Below, in pieces: positions 55,226 through 64,000 of a stretch of 64,000 bases of DNA (positions within the stretch are counted from its first letter, which is position 1; the number at the start of each line of letters is the position of its first letter). The stretch lies in the NCBI RefSeq assembly GCF_009914755.1, contig NC_060927.1; one strand, 5' to 3'. The notes under the pieces were generated by a model that was not told the DNA's origin, did no database searches, and saw only the letters and a program-made list of their open reading frames with translations. The DNA is from the human T2T-CHM13v2.0 reference genome, Homo sapiens. A program made the translations under genes and the position numbers.

Positions 55226-58200
55226 TTCAGTTTAATTGGGTCTCATTTGTCAATTTTTGGTTTTGTTGCAATTGCTTTTCATGTCTTTGTCATGAAATCT
55301 TTGCTAGGTCCCATGTCCAGAATAGTATTTCCTAGGTTATCTTCCAGGGTTTTTGTACTTGAGGGTTTTACATTTCAGTTTTTTAAATCCATCTTGGATT
55401 GTTTTTTTTTGTATATCGTGTAAGGAAGGGGTCCAGTTTCAATCTTCTGCATATGGCTAACCAGTTATTCCAGCATTATTTAATAGGGAGTCTTTTCCCT
55501 ATTGCTTGTTTTTGTCAGCTTTGTCAAAGATCAGATGGTTGTAGGTGTGCAGCCTTATGTCTGGGCTCTATTCGGTTCCATTGGTCTGTGTGTCTGCTTT
55601 TGTACGAGTACCATGCTGTTTTGGTTACTGTAGCCTTGTAGTATAGTTTGAAGTCAGGTAATGTGATGCCTCCAGCTTTGTTTAGGATTGCCTTGGCTAT
55701 TTAGGCTCTTTTTTGGTTCCATCTAAATTTTAAAGTAGTTTCTTTTCCTCATTCTCTGAAGAATATCATTGCTAGTTTGATAGGAATACCATTGAATGTA
55801 TTTCCATTTGTTTGTGTCATCTCTGATTTATTTGAGCAGCGTTTCAGAAGTCTCATTGTAGAGATCTTTCACCTCCCTGATGAGATGGTATTTTATTCTT
55901 TTTGTGGCTAATGCGAGTGGGATCATGTTCTTGATTTGGCTCTCATCTTGGATGCTGTTAGTATATAGGAATGCTACTGATTCTTGTACATTGATTTTTT
56001 TTATCCTGAAACTTTGCTGAAGTTGTTAATTAGATCAAGAAGCTTTTGGGCAGGCACTGTAGAATTTTCTAGTTATAGAATCATATTGTCTGCAAACAGG
56101 GAAAATTCGACTTCCTCTTATTTGAATGCTTTTTATTTCTTTCTCTTGCCTGGTTGTTCTGGCCAGGACTTCCAGTACCATGTTGAATTGAAGTGATGAG
56201 AGAGACCATCCTTGTTTTGTTCTGGTTTTCAAGGGGAATGCTTCCAGCTTTCCCCATTCAGTATGATGTTGGCTATGGGTTTGTCATAGATGGCTCTGTG
56301 TTAGTTCGTTTCCATGCTGCTGATAAAGACATGCCTGAGACTGGGCAGAAAAAGAGGTTTAATTGCACTTACAGTTCCACATGGCTGGGGAGGCCTCAGA
56401 ATCATGGATGGAGGTGAAAGGCACTTCTTGCATGGCAGCAGCAAGAGAAAATGAGGAAGAAGCAGAAGCAGAACCCCCTCATAAACCCATTAGATCTTGT
56501 GAGACTTATTCACTATCACAAGAATAGCAAGGGAAAGACCAGCCCCAAGATTAAATTACCTCCCCCTGGGTCCCTCCCACAACATGTGGGAATTCTGGAA
56601 GATAAAATTCAAGTTGAGATTTTGGTGGTGACACAGCCAAACCATATCAGGCTCTTATTATTTTGTAGTACATTCCTTCAATCCCCAGTTTGTTGAGGGT
56701 TTTTAACATGAAGGGATGTTGAATTTTATCAAAAGCCTTTCTCCATCTATTGAGATAATCATGTGGTTTTTGTTTTTAGTTCTGTTTGTGTGATGAATCA
56801 CATTTATTGATTTGTGTGAGTTGAACCAACTTGCATCCCAGAGATAAAGTCCACTTGATCATCATGGTGGATTAGCTTTTTCATGTGCTGCTGGATTCAG
56901 TTTGCTAGTATTTTGTTGACAATTTTTACATCTACATTCATCAAGGATCTTGGCCTGAAGCTTTTTTTTTTTCCTGTGTGTGTGTATGTCTTTCAGGTTT
57001 TGGTATCAGGGTGATGCTGGCATCACAGAATGAGTTAGGGAGGAGTCCCTCCACCTCAAGTTTTAGAAATAGTTTCAGTAGGAATAGTATCAGCTCTTCT
57101 TTATACAGCTGGTAGAATTTAGCTTTGAATCCACCTGGTCCTGTGCATTTTTTGGTTGGTAGGCTTATTATTGATTCAATTTCAGAATTTGTTATTGATC
57201 TGTTCAGGAATTCAATTTCTTCCTGATTCACTCTTGGGAAGATTGTATGTGTCCAGGATTTATCTGTTTCTTCTAGATTTTCTAGTTTGTGTTCATAGAG
57301 CTGTTCATAGGAATCGGAGTTTTTTGTATTTCTATGGGGTTAGTGGTAATGCCCACGTTTTCATGTCTAGTTGTGTTTATTTGGATCTTCTCTCTTGTTT
57401 TCTGTATTAGTCTAGCTAACATCTCTTATTAATTTTTTTCAAAGAACCAACCCTGGATTTGTTGATCTTTTGGGTTTTTTTTTTTTTTTCACATCTCCAT
57501 TTTCTTCATTTCAGCTCTGATTTTGGTTATTTCTTCTGCTAGCTTTGGGTTCAGTTTGCTCTTGGTTCTCTAGTTCCTCTAGTTGTGATAATAGATTGTT
57601 AATTTGAGATATTTCTAAGTTTTTGATGTGGGTGTTTAGTGCTATAAACCTCCCTCTTAACACTGCTTTAGCTGTATCCCAGAGATTCTGGTATGTTATA
57701 TCTTTGTTCTCATTAGTTTCAAAGATCTTCTTAATTTCTGCCTTAATTTCATTATTTACCCAAAAGTCATTCAGGAGCAGGTTGTTTAATTTCCATGTAA
57801 TTGTTTGGTTTTGAGTGATCAGTATTGATTTCTATTTTTATTGCATCATGGTATGAGAGTGTGGTTGGTGTGATTTTAGTTTTTTAATTTGAGGATTATT
57901 TATGTCTGGTTGATTTTAGAGTATGTGCCATGTGGTGATGAAAATAATGTATATTCTATTGCTTTTGGCTGGAGAGTTCTATGTATGTCTATTAGATCCA
58001 TTTGGTCCAGTGTCTAGTTCAAGTCCGGAATATTTTTGTTTTCTGCTTCAATGATCTGTCTAATACTGGCAGTGGGTCATTGAAGTCTCCTACTATTATT
58101 GCGTGGCTATCTAAATCTCTTCATAGGTCTCTGGGAACTTGCTTAGTGAATCTGGGTGCTGCTGTTTTGGGTGCATACATATTTAGGATAGTTAGATGTT

Positions 58201-61200
58201 CTTGTTGATGTGAGCCTGTTACTATTATGTAATGTCCTTTGTCTTTTTTTTATCTTTGTTGGTTTAAAGTCTGTTTTGTCTAAAATTAGAATAGCAAGAC
58301 CTCCTTTTTTTCTCATTTCTGTTGGCTTGCTATATTTTCCTTCATGCCTTTACTTTGAGCCTATAGGTGTCATTGCATGTGAGATAGGTCTCTTGAAGAC
58401 AGCATACTATTAGGTTGGATTAAGTTGGGTCTTAATCCAACTTGCCACTCTCTGCCTTTTAATTGGGGGCATTTAGCCTGTTTGCATTCAAGATTAGTAT
58501 TCATATGTGCGAATTTCATCCTGTCATCGTGTTGTTAACTTAACCCTGGTTATTATGCAGACTTGTTTGTGTGGTTGCTGGTGTCACTGGTTTATGTACT
58601 TCAGTGTGTTTTTGTGGTAGCCAGTAATGGTCTTTCCTTTCTATATGTAGCAGTCTTTTAAGGACCTCTCTTAAGGCAGGTCTGGTAATAATGAATTTCC
58701 TTAGCACTTGCTTGTCTGAAAGGGACCTTATTTCTCCTTTATGAAGATTCATTTAACTGAATATGAAATTCTTGGTTGGAAATTCTTTAAGAATGCTGAA
58801 TAATATAGGCCTCCAATCTCTTCTGGTTTGTAGGGTTTCTGCTGAAACATCTGCTGTTAGCCTGGTGGGTTCCCTTTGTACATGACCTGCCCCTTTTCAC
58901 TAGCTGCCTTTAACATTTTTTTTCTTTCATTTTGACCTGGGAGGATCTGATGACTATGTGTCTTGGGGATGGCCATCTTGTGTAGTATTTCCCAGGGGTT
59001 CTCTACGTTTCCTGAATTTGAACGTTGGCCTCTCTAGCCAGGTTGGGGAAACTTTCATGGATGACATCCTGAAAAATATTTTCCAAGTTGTTTGTTTGCT
59101 TTCTTTCTCTTTCAGGAATGCCAATGAGTCATAGATTGGTCTCTGTACATAATTCCATATTTCTCTAGGGTTTTGGGTTTTGTTAATTCTTCTTCTTTGT
59201 TTTTTCTTTATTTTTGTCTGACTGGGTTATTTGGGAGAAGTGGTCTTTGAGATTCTTTCCTCAGCATGGTTGATTCTGCTGTTAATACTTGGGATTGTAT
59301 TCTGAAATTCCTAAAGTGAGTTTTTCAGCTCTATCAGATCAGTTTGGTTCTTTTTTAAAATGACCATTTCTTCTTTCATCTCCTGTATCATTTTATTGTA
59401 TTACTTAGAATCCTTGGATTTGATTTTGACTCTCTCTCTGAATCTTGATGATCTTCATTCCTATCCATACTCTGGGTTTTTTTTTTTCTGCCATTTCAGC
59501 CAGTTTCAATCTGGGTAAGAACCACTGCTGAGGAACTGGTATGGTCATTTGGAGGTAAGAAGACACTCTGGTTTTTTGAGTTGCCAGAGTTCTTGCACTG
59601 ATTCTTTCTCATCTTTATGGGCTGATGTTCTTTGAATCCTTGAAGTTGCTGTCCTTTGAATGGGTGTTGCGGTGGGTTTTTTTTGTGTTTTTTTTTGTTT
59701 TGTTTTTTTGCTTTCATCTTTGATGTTCTTGGGAGTTTGATTGTGGTATAAGAATGGTTGTATTGACTGGCATCATTTCTGGAAGATTCTAGGGGGCCAA
59801 GCCCCAGCTTAGCACTGCTGGACTGCATGCTCTAACTCTGTGGATCTGTTATCAGGCCCCTGGCGTTGTTCTCTGGCCCCTTGAGGTTAGGAACCTACTG
59901 TGCTGAAGGGGCCAATGTGTCCCTGGACTGCTGGACACAACACTCTAGTGGGTAGTGCTAGCCAAAGTGCTTTGTTGGATGGTGGCAGCAAGCTCTGTGC
60001 TGTTTTGCATGTGGCACCAGCAGCAATAATGCATTGGAGTGCACATTTCTTGGCTGGTGTAGGGGTGCCAGCTCTTGTGCAGGTATTCATAATAGTGGCA
60101 GCACAAGATGGAGTGGGGCTGCTGGCATTCATGTGTGCTTTCACAGTGGCAATGGTGTTGACATGGGGGTGGGCTGCTGGCTGGTGCAGACGTGCTGACC
60201 TCCATCTAGGCATTCATGAAAGTGGTGGTGCTGGGAGGTGGAGGTGCTGGTGTTTTTGTACACGTTCACACTGGCAGTGGTGTCAGTCTGGGAATGGGGT
60301 GCTGGTGGGCACGAGGCTGGTGGCCTCTGTGTGCATATTCACATTGGGTGGCAATGCAGAGCCACTGGTCTCCCTGTGTGTGTTCATGCAGATGGCAGTG
60401 GCAACGGTGGGGCGGGGGAGCCACTGGTCTCCATGCACTCATTCATGCTGGCATTGGAGGTGTGGTGGAGGGATCACAGGGTGCACTCACACTGGCAGCA
60501 GTCACACCATAAGGTGTACACATCCACCTGTGGAGAAGGGGAGGTGAGGTCTTCTCATGTGCATGCATGTTGGCAAAGTGATGCAGGGGGTGGCCATGGG
60601 TGAGTGTTCACTGGTAAAGAAAGCAACATGGGAGGCTGCAGTGGGGGAGGGGAACATGTCAGTGAGCTAGTGTATATTGGCAGGGACTGCTCTGCTGGAG
60701 CACTCTGAGGGTCAGGCACAGTCGGCCAGCATAGGAGCTATGACGTGGGCCCCTGAGAGGTACCTCAGTTGAGGTACCCCAGTTGGGCAGCCAGGCTGGG
60801 GCCCCAGAAGAGGCCAGCAGACAGGGCAGCACTCAGGTCAGACTGGCTCCATCTCATGGACAATGTTGCCGTACTCTGTTCAGGTCCAACAGTTCCTCTA
60901 AGGCAGGGTGAGCTTTAGGGCGTGGGCATTCTGGCCACGCTCCACTGCATATGTTCCCACACCAAACTCTTTGGGCTCTGCATAGGCTGGAGTCCTGCCC
61001 CTACCACCTCTCTAAGCAGCTTTCTCTGCCATTTCCAGTGTCGATTTTGGGGTCTCATGCTTCCAGGATTCCAGAAGTCTGTAATGAGAGCAAGTTGCTC
61101 CTCACCTGTTGAACTCACCCCTTCCCCAGGAGTCACTGGGTGCCAGGAACAAGACCTGGTGTGTGGTAGTCCCATGCGTGGTTCCCAGCTTCCTCCCTCT

Positions 61201-61345
61201 TCAGCCCCAGATCTGTGTCCTCCCTCTGTCCATTCTCAATGCCTTTGCTCTGAAGGTCTGAGAGTGTGTCAGTCTCCCCAGTGTCCCAGTCCCTTGCTAA
61301 CAAATGATCCCCTGGCTACGGCTAGTCTGCCATCTTGCCCCCTGT
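55226..61345 (-). mobile_element. Long primate LINE-1 (L1PB / L1PA13-16-like) with 5'UTR, ORF1 and most of ORF2; decayed, 3' end missing
   Basis: ORF2p remnants '[21 protein letters not shown]...[17 protein letters not shown]' and '[21 protein letters not shown]'; ORF1p remnants 'GEIRSLSDKQVLRKFIITRPAL' and 'MRKNQCKNSGNSK'; GC-richer 5'UTR ~59800-61345. Confidence 0.9.
56297..56649 (-). mobile_element. THE1 (C/D-like) solo LTR nested in L1
   Basis: Ends '...acacagccaaaccatatca'; perfect 5-bp TSD GGCTC at 56292-56296 and 56650-56654. Confidence 0.95.
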
Positions 61346-61389
61346 CCCTGTTCTTTTTTTTCAATCTTTGTGGCTTTAAATTCATTAGC

Positions 61390-62520
61390 ACCTAGGAATA
61401 AGAGTGGATCACCTTTTCCTTTTCCTAATTTTAAAGAGAATACTTTTAACATTTCCCCATTAGGATGATATGTATTCCAGATTTTTAAAATATATCTTCT
61501 GTTAGGTTAAGTAAGTTTCCTTCTACTCCTAATTTGCTAAGTTTTTCTTTAAAATCATGAATTGAATGATGGGTGTTTTTTGGTTTTTTTTGTGGGGTTT
61601 TAAAAATATTTATAGTTTATTATTTAAGCTATTAATGTGCGTTACATTTATGTATTTCTTAATTTTAAAACATCTTTACATTTCTGAGAAACTCAACTTG
61701 ATAGTGGTGTATTAACTTTTTTGTTATAAGTTTAAGGGATACAAATGCAGTTTTTTTTTAAGTGGATATACTGTGTAGTGGTGAAATCTGGGCTTTTAGT
61801 GTGACCATCAACCAAGTAGTGTACATTGTACCCATTAAGCAGTTTCTCATCCCTCACTCCCCTGCAACCCTCCTGCCCTTCTCAATCTTCAGGGACTATT
61901 ATTCCATACTCTGTGTCCATGGGTACACTCTATTTAGCTCCTACTTGCAAGTGAGAACACACAGTGGTTAGCTTTCTGATTCTGAGTTGTTTCACTTAAG
62001 ATAATGGCCTACCGTTCCATCCATGTTGCTGCAAAAGGCATGATTTTTATATACTGTGGGAGTTAATTTTCTAATGTCTTGTTTAGGATTTTTTAATATT
62101 TATCTTCATGAGTGAAATGGGCCTTTAATTTTCCTTTCTCATATTGTCCTTGTTTGATTTATATATCAGGATTATACTGGCCCTATACAAATAAGATGGC
62201 TGATATTCCTTTATTTTCTGCTCTCTAAAATACTTTATAAAAGATTCAGATAATCTGTTTCTTGAAAGGTTGGTGGAACTTTCCAAAGGCCTGGTGTTTA
62301 CTTTCTGTGAATATTTTTAACTACAATTTCTTTAAAATACTTTCCTTATCCTTAGTTGTATCTCCTTTTTCATTTATATGATTATCTATTTGCATTTTCT
62401 CTTTTTATTATTGATCAGTCTGTTCTGAGATTTTTCTTTTCAAAGATTAATTTTCTTTTTGAGTTTGATTTCTGCTTTAATTTTTAGTATTGTAGTATCT
62501 ATTTCTTAGATTTATTCTTT
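61390..62520 (-). mobile_element. Ancient L1 fragment with a nested younger L1 3' end (~61717-62050)
   Basis: 'tagtggtgaaatctgggcttttagtgtgaccatca', 'ttcacttaagataatggcct'. Confidence 0.75.
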
Positions 62521-63934
62521 TTTTCTAATTTCTGTGTTGGGCACATAATTTCTAGTGGATTCTTTGCACTATTAAAATTTTAGTCCCCTGAAGTTCATGT
62601 AGATGGGTGAATCCTGAAGGATTCCAACAAGTTTTGACCCAGAAAGGATCAGCGCTGAAGACATGCTCCCTCCCTTGCTACTGCCAGCCCTTCCCACAGA
62701 GGGCCTGCCATAGGTGGTCATCTGAGGGGCAGTTTTCTCCAGGGGATGGTTTCAAAACAGGCGTTCAGTGTTCAAATGTGCTCTTGGCTTAATTATTCAT
62801 ATTTTTATTTATTTTACTTGTATTTGTTAGGTCAGAAAACTGTTAAGGTGTGGAACTGCTTGGACTGAGAGAGACTGTAATCCCTTATGCTTGAGATTAG
62901 GAACCTAGGTGATGGTGTTTAAGGTCACACGGCAGTTTAGGAATGGAGCTGGACCCAGGCCATGACACCTTATAGCCTGTGCACTTTTCACTCAGCCAAA
63001 CACCTCCTCTACACAGGAGAGTATCATTTTATAAAGTGGCAAGTTCACCTGCATGACCCTGTTCAAATATGATTAACATACAAAGCTCCTTTTTGTAATT
63101 CCAGAAAATGCAACTGGGGGAAAGTAAAAACTGTGCAACTTGCTTGTACCACAAGTGCTTTTGTTTTGTTTTTCTCACCAGCATTTATTCAATATTTGTC
63201 TGTGCCTATTGCGTGCCAAGGATTTATCCTGCAGCATTTTAACATGAACTTAAGGCTCACTCTGAATATTTTTCTTTTTACTTTTTGACTTCAGAGTAGA
63301 ATGGCTTGCAGAAAGGAAATAATGAAGACATCAGGGGTTAAATAAGCAAATGATCATTTATCTTTAACACTGTGGCAGAGACCCAATGTTGTTTCTTACA
63401 GTAAAACAGTGATAATCTTGTTTCTGAAGAAAAATAAAATCAGTACTTAAAAATGATGTATCCTGCATACCTTATTTTAAAGGAAGAATATTTATCTTAA
63501 TTTTGCTGAAGTCTCTTTTGTTTCCCTTATGGGCTCTTAGTACCTTTTTTCAGAGATAGGACTTGGATTATGAATTGGTTTGTATGGAGCAGAAGTTTCT
63601 CTGAGACTCCGCGTTCTTAATAGCCCCAAGAGGTGTTGTACAAGTTCTAAACATTCTGGGTTTGAAGCCAAGTCTTGGGTGGCTGTGTTGCTTTGCAGCT
63701 GTAGTTTAAATTAGAAACATTCTAGTTTACAGAGATCTAGATTTTTTAAAAAGACCTTTATAGCATATAAAGAGAAAGTATTAGCCTCAGCTTACTTGAT
63801 TCAGAATGAATTGAATGCAAAACATATTCAGATTAAAGAGACATGTACCTTTGAGAGTGTTTATAATGAGAGGCAATTAATCTCACTGTTAAGATAGAGC
63901 TTACTATGAATTTAAATTTTATGTTGATTGCTTT

Positions 63935-64000
63935 AAATAAACCTCACCTTCATTCTCCCCTCACTTGTCTTCAGGTGATCGGTTATGTTTGTTTATAATG
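63935..64000 (+). other. Putative splice acceptor and start of a downstream exon (63975 onward)
   Basis: CTCAC branch-like motif, AG-free pyrimidine tract 'cctcaccttcattctcccctcacttgtcttcag|G', unique sequence; ATGs at 63985 and 63998. Confidence 0.6.

Noticed and set aside
59900-60547. Longest ORF in the window (215 aa) and its overlapping ORFs
   Set aside because: Lies in the GT-rich degenerate repeat of an L1 5'UTR, antisense to the L1; low complexity, no recognisable domain.
55226-61345. Possible active LINE-1
   Set aside because: Both ORFs are fragmented, a THE1 LTR is inserted in ORF2 and the 3' end is missing.

Overview
Primate (human-like) genomic DNA, dominated by interspersed repeats: Alu J/S/Y, LINE-1 of several ages, L2, MIR, MaLR/ERVL LTRs, hAT-Charlie MERs, a near full-length Hsmar2 mariner and a solo ERV9 LTR12. 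The main functional landmark is a small CpG island at ~22.9-23.3 kb with GC boxes, a TATA-like element and a consensus + strand splice donor (AAG|GTAAGT, 23251/23252). This most likely marks the promoter and first exon of a + strand gene. A good splice acceptor at 63974/63975 suggests an intron of up to ~40.7 kb, with the next exon starting at the window edge. I cannot identify the gene and find no supportable protein-coding exon; the ORF track is explained by repeats or chance. I see no evidence for a new multi-gene system. The observations worth checking are local: a splice-invariant uORF, a twin-primed L1 with host deletion, a tailless Alu, a 175-bp tandem duplication, template-switch palindromes, and candidate CTCF/ETS/NF-Y sites. 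Repeat subfamily labels come from recalled consensus sequences, and old-repeat boundaries are approximate.
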